From NCBI GenBank assembly GCA_030264375.1, contig JASCQW010000160.1:26400204-26464203 (forward strand): a stretch of DNA of 64,000 nt. Reading direction: 5' to 3'. Positions 27,400 through 36,960 of this stretch are shown here, piece by piece. The stretch comes from Carcharhinus longimanus (Eukaryota). Every line of letters starts with the position of its first letter. Within the stretch, counting starts at the first letter, position 1. The notes below the pieces were generated by a model. That model searched no databases. It was not told the DNA's origin and saw only the letters and a program-made list of their open reading frames with translations. The translations under genes and the position numbers were made by a program.

Positions 27400-28195
27400 A
27401 GAACAAAGAACAATACAGCACAGGAACAGGCCCTTCAGCCGTCCAAGCCTGCACCGATCATATGTTCCTAACTAGCCCATCCGTTTGTATCCCTCTATTC
27501 CCAGTCTGTTCATGTGGCTATCTAGGTAAGTCTTAAGTGATCCTAGCATGTCTGCCTCAACCACCTCATTTGGTAGTGCATTCCAGGCCCCCATCACCCT
27601 CTGTGTAAAATACGTCCCCTCTTACCTTGACCTTGTGACCCCTTGTGTTTGTCATTTCCAACCTGAGAAAAAGCTTCCAACTGTTCACCCTATCTATGCC
27701 CTTTATAATTTTATTAACTTCTATTANNNNNNNNNNNNNNNNNNNNNNNNNNNNNNNNNNNNNNNNNNNNNNNNNNNNNNNNNNNNNNNNNNNNNNNNNN
27801 NNNNNNNNNNNNNNNNNNNNNNNNNNCACCCTATCTATGCCCTTTATAATTTTATAAACTTCTATTAGATCACCCCTCAACCTCCGTCATTCCAGAGAGA
27901 ACAACCCTAGTTTATTCAATCTCACCTCATAGCTAAGACCCTCTATACCAGGCAACATCCTGGTTAACCTTTTCTGCACTCTCTCCAAAGCCTCCACATC
28001 CTTCTGGTAGTGTGGTGACTAGAACTGGACACAGTATTCCAAATGTGGCCTAGCCAACGTTCTATATAACTGCAATATCATATGCCAACTTTTATACTCT
28101 ATGCCCCATCCATATGCCTTCTTCACCACCTTTTCCACCTGTGTTGCCACCTTTAAAGATCTGTGGACTTGCACACCCAGATCCCTCTGTGTGAC
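27400..28195 (-). mobile_element. CR1 (HER1-like) LINE 3' fragment
   Basis: QRDLGVQVHRSLKVATQV...LYRTLARPHLEYCVQF, RGDLIEVYKIIKGIDRV; tail ttctttgttc. Confidence 0.9.
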
Positions 28196-28707
28196 TAAAT
28201 ACACAGACTTTTGAAAATGTTCCATGTTACTGAATTGGTCACCTTGACGTTTCTTCCACATGGTTTAAGGTATTTAAGATCAGATCTTGTTCATATAAAA
28301 TGGGCTTCAAAGGGGTTTAGGGACTCATGTTGATCTTTGAAAGAGAAAGCGTGTCAGATTATAAAAGGTCAAAATAAAAAGTAAAATTTAAATGAATCAC
28401 AACAGTTAACTTATTAAGGATTGTAGCATATGAAAAGTTTTTGAAATTTATAAGAGCTGACTGATGGGTAGAAATGGCAAATATGTACTACCACTCACTG
28501 CAAACCTCTCCAGAATGGAGTCAAGAGTAAGAATTGCCTGAGACTGTAGCAGCCTGTTATCCAATCAGGCAGATTGCCTGATTTTAAGTTGCTGTTACAG
28601 AGGTAAAACTTTATCACTGGAAAGCTGTGTTGAATACAACTATGACACTTAATTTATTAACACATACTTTAATCAAAATGTCTAGATATAATTCTTTGAT
28701 TACTTAC

Positions 28708-28802
28708 AGAAAACTTTTCAGGTGTACACATTATTCGAGAATTCGTACTGCTGCAAATCAGATCTGCAGCAATGGAATCATCTGCACAAAATACCTTCAA
28801 CC
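28708..28802 (-). other. Candidate internal exon (95 nt); open frame LKVFCADDSIAADLICSSTNSRIMCTPEKFS with ATG at 28731
   Basis: Acceptor tttttctcggtgttgctcttcag| and donor TCT|gtaagt; ends in phase 0. Confidence 0.5.
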
Positions 28803-28939
28803 CTGAAGAGCAACACCGAGAAAAACACTTAGAAAACTCAAATTTCAGAGTTAATCAATTGTACATTTTTAGAACTTACACCCAACTTTCTCTTCAGGTC
28901 CTTTACAAGCTGGCAAGAGTAAACAGATGCCTGTCCAAG

Positions 28940-30520
28940 GGTACTGTCCCATCTTTTTAAAATCTGCAACCCCCCATCACCAAAAAAATTCTCCTTTGAC
29001 CCTCAGTCCTTGCAAATTATCATCCCATTTCCAACCAGCCTTTCTTCTCCAAAGTCCTTGAACAGTCCTAATCAAAGACATGACAATGAAGTACTAAACT
29101 TCCTCATCCTTCTTGACATATCTGCAGTCTTTAACACAACTGATCATACCAGCTTCCTCCTCCTCCTATGCCTTATTTTAACTATCTATCTGAATGAGAT
29201 TGGCTATCCAGTTGTAGCCAGAGAATTTCCTGAAATGGCATCAGTTTCCCATCTTCAGTTGTTCCTGAGGTCAAAACTTGGTACCCCCCCCCTCCTATTT
29301 CACAGCTGCATGTTGCTCCTTGGAGGTAACATTTGAAGACATGACATCAAATTACACACGCTGATGATATCCAGCACTATCTCATGTTCACCTCTGTCAA
29401 TCGCCTTAATGTTTTCAAACTTCACTCCTGAATGAGCCAACTTTCTCCATTTTAACAATGGGAAGATCAAGTCCATTGTCTTCAGCCCCATCTCAAACTC
29501 AGCTCTCTTGCTACCAATACTACTCCTTCCCTGGTCAAATTGAACCAGACTGTTTGCAACCTCAGCATTCTATATGACTTGAGCTAAGCTGAGCTAATGG
29601 CACCGTGTCCTCGCCATCATAAAGAACACACCCTTTCATCTGTTATATTACCTGATGGCACAGTGGTTAGCACTGCTGCCTCACAGCACCAAGGATCCAG
29701 GTTCAGTTCCAGCCTTGGGTGACTGTCTGTGTGGAGTTTGCACATTCTCCTATGTCTGCATGAGTTTCCTCCGGGTGCTCCGGTTTCCTCCCAGATTCCA
29801 AAGATTTGTGGGTTAGGTTGACTGGGCATGCTAAATTGTCCCTTAGTGTCAGGGGGCTTAGCAGGGTAAATATGTGGGGTTACAGGGATAGGGCTTGGGT
29901 AGGATTATTGTCGGTGCAGGCTTGATGGGCTGAATGGCTTCCTTCTGCACTGTAGGGATTCCATAACTCTTCCTGTGCTATGACTCATCTTCGAGTGAAA
30001 CTCTTATCTATATTTTGTTAGCTTCAGAGTTAACTATTCCTATGCTGTCATTGCCAGATTCTCATCTTCCTTTCTCCATAAACTTGAGCTTTTCAAAAAC
30101 TCTGCTACCAAGTCCCATTCAACCACCATCCATGTGCTCACTGACCTACATTGCCTCCCAATCTATCAATCCCTTGGTGTTAAAACTCTCATCTCTATAC
30201 TCAAATTGCNNNNNNNNNNCATATCCCAGAAACCCTCTCCAACATGACTACCCATCAATAACTGCATTGTGTGCCCCCCAGTCCCCTTACACCAGCAGTA
30301 GTAGCCAACCTGACGCCATCAAGACCCTAAGTACTGGAATTCCCTCCCTAAACCTTTTCTCTCTCTCTCATTTAATGGATAGTTCTAAAATCTGCCTATT
30401 TGTTCAAGCTTTTCACCACCCATTCAACTATTTTTCCTATTTCTGCCTGATCACGCACCAGTGCTATTCTATAGGACATTTAACTTCATTAAAGGCACTA
30501 AGTAAATGCAAGTTATTGTT
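28940..30520 (+). mobile_element. L2-clade LINE fragment, interrupted by a SINE at 29655-29965
   Basis: LILLDISAVFNTTDH (L2 LLDLSAAFDTVDH motif), HADDIQ near 29356, L2-like 3' tail near 30490-30520. Confidence 0.7.
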
Positions 30521-32819
30521 GTTCTGTCTATCTGAAAGAATATTTTTTAAACTCCTTCAGAAGTTGCAATAATTAATTCATTATATGGTTGCGTTAGCTT
30601 ACAGTATTAAAAGGAAACTTTTTTTTCTTTATTCATTCATGAGACATGGGCCTCGCTGGCTGGCCAGCATTTGTTGCCTACTCCTAGTTGCCCTTGAACT
30701 GAGTGGCTTGTGAGGCCATTTCAGAGGGCAGTTGAATCAACCACATTGCTGTAGCTCTGGAGTCACATGTAGGCCAGACCAGGTAAGGGCAGCAGATTGC
30801 CTTCCCTAAAAAAAATTAATGAACCAGATGGTTGTTTATGACAATTGGCAATGGTTTCATGGTCATCGACAGATTCTTAATTCCAGATTTTTTTTTAATT
30901 GAATTCAAACTCCACCATCTGCCTTGGTGGGATTCAAACCCAAATCCCCAGAATATTAGCTGAGTTTCTGGATCAATAATCTAGCGATAATACCACTAGG
31001 CCATCGGCTCCCCAAACCTTTTAAAGCATATAATGGCTGGCACAGACACCATGGGCCAAAAGTCCTCTTTCCGTGCTGTAAAACTTGACGACTCATTAAT
31101 TTTACTGTGGGAAATTTCTCAAAACACATCTACCAAATGGAACAATGCACCAGTTTATCTTGTGACATGTGATTCCACTCTGACGGAAATCAGATTTATT
31201 ACAATAAATGGGCAAAATTGACATTTCCTGACACTAAAAAAATCCTGCACTCTCATGAAACAGTAAGACATTAGCTGTGTATTAAAATAGGAGGATGTCT
31301 GCTCATCAGTATCAAAAACTGCCAACATTCAACAGATAATAACATTTGAATGAGCCATTTACCAGGTTACCACCACCTGTGAAATTGTGTTTCAACAATA
31401 AGCTGCCTTCACAACCAAAGGGGCAAGTAAGAAAAAAATTGGAAAATAATTTTGAAATTAAGATTCCCTTATTGACTTAGTGCAACTAAATCATACAGAT
31501 CAGGTTTAATACTCTGACTGCACAAGCTTAATTAATCTATCTGCTCTGATGTAGGGTCATCCAGACTCAAAAGTTAGCTCTATTCTCTCTCCACAGATAC
31601 TAACAGACTTGCAGACTTTCCAGCATTTTCTAACTTTGTTTTAGATTCCAGCATCTTTGGTAATTTGCTTTTATCTTAAAAAAAACAGGGTGGCACTGCT
31701 GCCTCACAGCACGAGGGACACAGGTTTGATCCCGGCTTGGATCGCTACCTGTGTGGAGTTCGCACATTCTCCGCGTGACTGCATGGGTTTCTTCCGGGTG
31801 CTCCGATTTCCTCCCACAGTCTGAAAGATGTGCTGGTTAGGTGCATTGGCCATGCTTAATTCTCCCTCACTGTACCCAAACAGGTGTTGGAGTGTACGAC
31901 TAGGACATTTTCACAGTAACTTCATTGCAATGTTAATGTAAGCCTATTTGTGACTAATCATACTTTCATTAATTCTTGCCAGGACATTAATGAAACCATA
32001 TTACAGTCAGGGGCAACATGTTCAGGTCCAAAAGAGGGGGAAAGCAATCAGGTTTCTTTGCATTTGATATTTTAATTCTACTGCCAGGCACTCAATGTCC
32101 AAGGCATGACCTTGCCCTTATAATGACGACTTCAACTGCCAATCGCAATAAAAANNNNNNNNNNNNNNNNNNNNNNNNNNNNNNNNNNNNNNNNNNNNNN
32201 NNNNNNNNNNNNNNNNNNNNNNNNNNNNNNNNNNNNNNNNNNNNNNNNNNNNNNNNNNNNNNNNNNNNNNNNNNNNNNNNNNNNNNNNNNNNNNNNNNNN
32301 NNNNNNNNNNNNNNNNNNNNNNNNNNNNNNNNNNNNNNNNNNNNNNNNNNNNNNNNNNNNNNNNNNNNNNNNNNNNNNNNNNNNNNNNNNNNNNNNNNNN
32401 NNNNNNNNNNNNNNNNNNNNNNNNNNNNNNNNNNNNNNNNNNNNNNNNNNNNNNNNNNNNNNNNNNNNNNNNNNNNNNNNNNNNNNNNATTTCAATGGGC
32501 CTCATTAAGCTGGAACAAGAAAATATTGCACCTGCGCGACCTCAGCACCCAGAACTAAGACCAATGATCTAAAAATGAGTAAAAATTAAATTGCACGTGT
32601 CGTGTTTTCTTCTAACCTCCAGGTTGTGGGTTTTGGTGTCTGCAATTAAAGTATAGAACGCTATTTTCAGAGCTGGTGTGTCTATCTGTCTGATCTCCAG
32701 AGGTGTGAGGCTAAAGCAGCACAAAGCTGTTGCTTATCATCCTTCATTCCCCTCTGGACAGCTCTGATTTGCAGAGTGTCTGCCTACCTGACAAATAATT
32801 CAAAAGTTTGGCCACTCAC

Positions 32820-32950
32820 GTTAGAGATCCCCGGAGCTTTTGACCATTTTCACCCGAAGCCGCTGAGTGTGTTTTAATTGTCAGCTTCTCCTTTTTATAC
32901 AGAAAAAAAGAGATAAAAGCGGAATTGTTTCTAGCCGGCATCAGTGGCGC
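32820..32950 (-). other. Candidate first exon at the CpG promoter, with 8-codon uORF MVKSSGDL* (32847-32821)
   Basis: Donor AAC|gtgagt at 32820 (alternative CAG|gtaggc at 32788) immediately downstream of GC boxes and an X-box; the start coordinate is a guess. Confidence 0.5.
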
Positions 32951-33471
32951 AGTGCTACCACCCCCCGCCCCGCCAGCGTGCCTGTCACCATGGCAACCCC
33001 GAAGGGGCGGGATCAAGGAACCTCCGTTCGGATGCTCACTGCGCATGCACTGATGCCGACCGTGTCCTGAACATTGTCCAATCTCCGCATGCGTAGCACG
33101 CGACCTGAACCTATTCGAATCCACGTATCTGTAGTGCCCGACCTGAACACTGTTGGAACTTTGCGCGCGCGGCCTCCTTGGCCGTTCACTACCCCATTTC
33201 AAGCTTCCCCCATTCCAGAGCATCTAATAGCTTCACCGTGAAGCTGTTATCTTTTTGTGCAGCTGGTGGAAAATCTCACTGCGTGTGTGTGTCTGTGTGT
33301 ACTTATGGATGTATATTTCTCTATCGCCACTGCTGCTAAAATGGACACTAACGTTAAAGATGGCCACAGGATTGGCGGTGCGCTGTGGGTTACGCATGCG
33401 CGGTCCAATGGCCAATGTCAGCAAATAGGCCGAGGCAAGTGACGTGTAAGCGCGTGCGCAGTCTCTCTTAC

Positions 33472-33576
33472 CGTTACCAGAAACTGCGCATGTGCAGTCT
33501 GAGAATCGTTACCAGAAATTACGCCTGTGCGGTCTGAGAATCGTTATCGGAGACTGCGCATGTGCGGTCTGAGAAG
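33472..33576 (+). repeat. 3 x 35-bp tandem repeat, each unit with an NRF1-like motif
   Basis: Units cgttaccagaaactgcgcatgtgcagtctgagaat / cgttaccagaaattacgcctgtgcggtctgagaat / cgttatcggagactgcgcatgtgcggtctgagaag. Confidence 0.9.
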
Positions 33577-34184
33577 TGTTGCCGGCAGTTGAGCATGCGT
33601 ATATGGAGCTGCCGGTCATTGTGCACGTGCGGGGTGTCCTCTGTGAGGAAATGAGTTCCAGCAACTTTGTGTAAATTATTACCATCTTTCGGAGGAAATT
33701 TGGTTTTTTTCACTATATAATTGTTTGAAAGATTAGTACGACTGATATTATTTGTTGTGAAAGCATTTAATTATTCTCAGCAATCAATTGGTTGATTTCT
33801 GATCTGTGAGCCCATTTCCATTTACTGTGTTTTTAAATTCTTGCCTTCCAGCAAATCCTCACTGACAGTGTCGATGATTGAGGCTATGCGAAGGTTTTAA
33901 ATGTAGCTTTTGTTTGTATTTGTCTTGAATAGGGTTGCTGTTTCCCGACCCCTAACTGCCTACTCCTGGATTAAACTTGGTGTTTTGAGACTTCTTACCG
34001 TTATTACCCCAGTTCAACGCCAGTATCTTCACATCATGTTCCTGGATTATCAGCTTTATCTGTCTACAATATGGTGCAGGGCCAGGAGCTGTTTTCCTGC
34101 CCTATTTTACTTTTCTGTTTCTACACAGGACCTTGTGTGTCCCTCATCCCCTTTTTCCTGTCTGATCGATTTGCAGCCTTCTTG

Positions 34185-34289
34185 ATGGCTACTTCACTGG
34201 ATACAACTGCGCAATTCCTCATCACCTTCGCAACCCTAGAGTTTGCAAGTTATGAAGATTTCCGCAGTAAATTGGAGATGTTTCAGCAG
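34185..34289 (+). pseudogene. MULE/ZSWIM-type transposase remnant, coding exon 1 (MATSLDTTAQFLITFATLEFASYEDFRSKLEMFQQ)
   Basis: Acceptor ttgcag| at 34176, ATG at 34185, donor CAG|gt at 34289. The F-x-S-Y-E-D-F motif resembles the start of the ZSWIM3/ZSWIM9-type MULE DNA-binding domain. Confidence 0.7.
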
Positions 34290-34368
34290 GTAGCATGGTA
34301 GGCATATGCCTTGTGTTGGTTTGCTGTTAATGCTGCTGTTCAAATGTCAGTTATTATTGTGTTTACAG

Positions 34369-34533
34369 GAAACAGTAACCTATTCCAGGAAGTAAGCACT
34401 AATACGCTCAAGAGGGAGAACAAGAGACAGTGAATTCAAGTTCCCAGCCACTTCAACATGCCTCAGTGAAGCTGCACTGTGTCCACTATCGGCAGGCATG
34501 CATTCGTTCCACTGGAGTGAGACCTAATCGGAG
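34369..34533 (+). pseudogene. MULE/ZSWIM-type transposase remnant, exon 2 (two 1-bp frameshifts, one TGA)
   Basis: gtttacag| ... GAG|gtgggt. Repaired translation ETxNLFQEVSTNTLKRENKRQ*IQVPSHFNxASVKLHCVHYRQACIRSTGVRPNR; 165 nt plus 2 restored bases gives phase 0 to phase 2. Confidence 0.72.
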
Positions 34534-36180
34534 GTGGGTGCTATTGATGAGTTGCCTGTAGTGCAGTATGTTGCCCCTGTGATGCTCTGCTTTGATTTGA
34601 GAAAACATTTGTTGAATGTTGGTAATAACAGCAGCTGAGGCAGCAGAACCCAATGGCTTTTGGAGGCATGTTTCTCAATATACGAATGTTGATAATGAGG
34701 GACTGGTTTCTGAAGGGAGACATCAGCTAGATGTTGACAGGATGGCTATTATTGGTATGCCTTTGGTTAAGTTAAGCTTTACAGCATCAATATATCTTCA
34801 TGTTGAGATGCGATACTCACAAAACCACTTGCATGCAACCCCTCCCTGGCAGACAAACTGTTGCCATAGGATGCAGCAGTGAATGGGATTCCATGCCCAT
34901 TAGAGGTGGCTGGCAGTAGCATTGACACTTCTTCACTTCTAAGCAAGTATGCAAAGTGCCTTAAGTAATGGCGCTATTGAATTTTGAATGGGATATGTGG
35001 CAAGTCCTTGCTCTAAGTCACCCATTTAATGTTACTTCATTTTAAAGTTGCTTAATCTCTAGTGTTTGCTTCCTCAGTTGAAGTTGTCAAAAGCCTTGTG
35101 AAAAATGTTTCCGTAAAATGGTCAGTGAACTAAGAATTTGTACATGCCTGTATGTGTAGCCACTTCAAATTTGAATGGCTCAAGTTAAAATTAACCCAGC
35201 AGACTAGCTTTAAAAGTTTAAGTTTATTTATTAATCACAAGTAGGCTTACATTTGCACTACAATGAAGTTACTGTGAAAATCTCCTAGTTGCCACATTCA
35301 AGCGCTGAGGGAGAATGAGCCATGCACTTAACCAGCATGTCTTTTGGACTGTGGGAGGAAACTGGAGCACCCAGAGGAAACCCATGCAGACATGGGGTGA
35401 ACGTGCAAAGTCTGCACAGACAGTGATCCTGGCTGGGAATTGAACTTGGGTCTCTGGCACTCTGAGGCAACAGTGTTAACTGTGTGACACAAGCAATAAG
35501 TAGCCTGAAAATGGGGAGGCGGGGGGGGTTCCTCCGTCACGCAGTTGTGTTTCCAATTGGTTATATCATGAGGCTTGGGTGCATTGTGACCTTAGCATAT
35601 CTGTGGCAAGACTGTGAGTGATATCTGATTGGAGAGCATGTGTATGGAAGATTTCAGCAATTGTCCTGAAACCATGATTGGAACATTAGAATAGCCACTA
35701 TGGGTTGTGAACAATGAACTCAGGGAGAGCTTGAAGAGTGAATAAACTGAAGGTTCAGCAGTTTAAAAGGAGCACTAAGCATTAAATGGATTTTGGTTAT
35801 GTTGTGGAATAGATGAGGCAAGTAAAGAACATGCGTTTTTGTAGACCACATCACGATCACATCTCAACCATCTCTACAGTGAGAGTCTGTATCCTGAGGA
35901 ACACAGCTCTGAGTTGTTGGTCTGAGCTGCTGATACTGCAATATGTTCAGAAAGTTTGTTCCTGTCCAGAAACAGAGTTCAAGTGTCTCCTCATGGCCGA
36001 GCGAAGAATTTGGAGTGGTGAAGGAAAAATCTTGTGATGGTCCACATGTTAACCATTGACATTTGCACCGGTAGGGATGAATTAGACTCTGCCGAACATT
36101 TGAAAAGCTTGATCGCTAACACTGAAACGCAAGCATTTTAATCTATGAAATGCTCAGTGATTTCCTGCATTATGTTTCAG

Positions 36181-36960
36181 GTATCTTGCCATGGGCTGCA
36201 AAGCCTTCATCATGATAAAGTTTGGGAGCAAGAATAGATTGTGTGTCACCGCCTACCATCTTGTACAAAACAGCCATGCCCTGGATCCACAATGTTTACA
36301 CTTCTTTGCCAGGAGGCTGAACCAGGATGAAAGAAAGAAGGTTGAAGAGTTGGTCAAATTGAGAACAAACAGCTGAAGGATTAAACCCAGCAGACATTCA
36401 GTAAGACTGTAATCCAGCTCAAACCCCACCGTGGCAGCACAGATTCAGTCTGTGATACATTAGTTTTCCGCAATAAGGCCCTCAGTCAGAAATGCCCCTA
36501 TTCAAGGTTCCTCCACAGGGCCTCTTTCAAGCATATTGCAGAGGCACTACCTAATCTCCAGTTCATCTCTGCAGGATTTGACAGCAAAACTGTGAATCTT
36601 GTGTGTGAGAATCATGACCGTCTCCATCAAGTAAGCATCAAACAGCAGGATGCCAGATCAGCAACTGTGCATTCTGCTGCCAAGCAATACCCGTGGCTGA
36701 TGCATGACTGCCAACCTACTGGCTGCTGCAAATTCTCCATTGAGACTTTGTTGCCTGCAAACATGCTATTGCTGTGCAGAGGTGTCTCAGCTTGTCTTTG
36801 GAGCAATTGTCTCTGGAAAACAACTCTGCCACCCACAGCATCTGCCATTACAATTAGGGAGGGCCAGCCAAAGCTTCTAAGCACAAATGAAAAATGTCAT
36901 TTACTTTCGGATCGAGTGCAGAATTTGGGACGCAGATTGGAACAGTGGATTTCTGGCAGC
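36181..36960 (+). pseudogene. MULE/ZSWIM-type transposase remnant, exon 3: end of DNA-binding domain joined to C-terminal SWIM zinc-finger region
   Basis: tatgtttcag|G TAT CTT GCC ATG GGC TGC... = RYLAMGCKAFIMIKFGSKNRLCVTAYHLVQNSHALDPQCLHFFARRLNQDERKKVEELVKLRTNS*. At 36724-36776, CCKFSIETLLP(fs)CKHAIAV is a degenerate SWIM (CxC...CxH) motif. Confidence 0.75.

Larger units (their letters stand above)
32800..33650. promoter_or_regulatory. CpG-rich, probably bidirectional promoter
   Basis: Marked CpG enrichment versus flanks. GC boxes at about 32962-32972 and 33004-33011; RFX X-box GTCACCATGGCAAC at 32984-32997; CCAAT/ATTGG boxes near 33078, 33371, 33406; NRF1-like (T)GCGCATG(C/T)GC motifs near 33040, 33086, 33391, 33450, 33485, 33555. 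Confidence 0.8.

Noticed and set aside
27686-27866. 41-bp direct repeat on both sides of a 99-N gap
   Set aside because: Near-identical sequence flanking a scaffold gap inside a CR1 fragment; most likely an unmerged contig overlap.
32018-32572. Long ORFs in the track spanning N runs (also 17903-18295 and 44634-44837)
   Set aside because: Their length comes from X codons in assembly gaps.
32816-33223. 135-aa ORF across the CpG island
   Set aside because: GC-rich promoter sequence depleted of stop codons; the product has no recognisable features.
33472-33576. 35-bp repeat array as CRISPR-like
   Set aside because: Units are head-to-tail with no unique spacers, there are no cas genes and the context is vertebrate.
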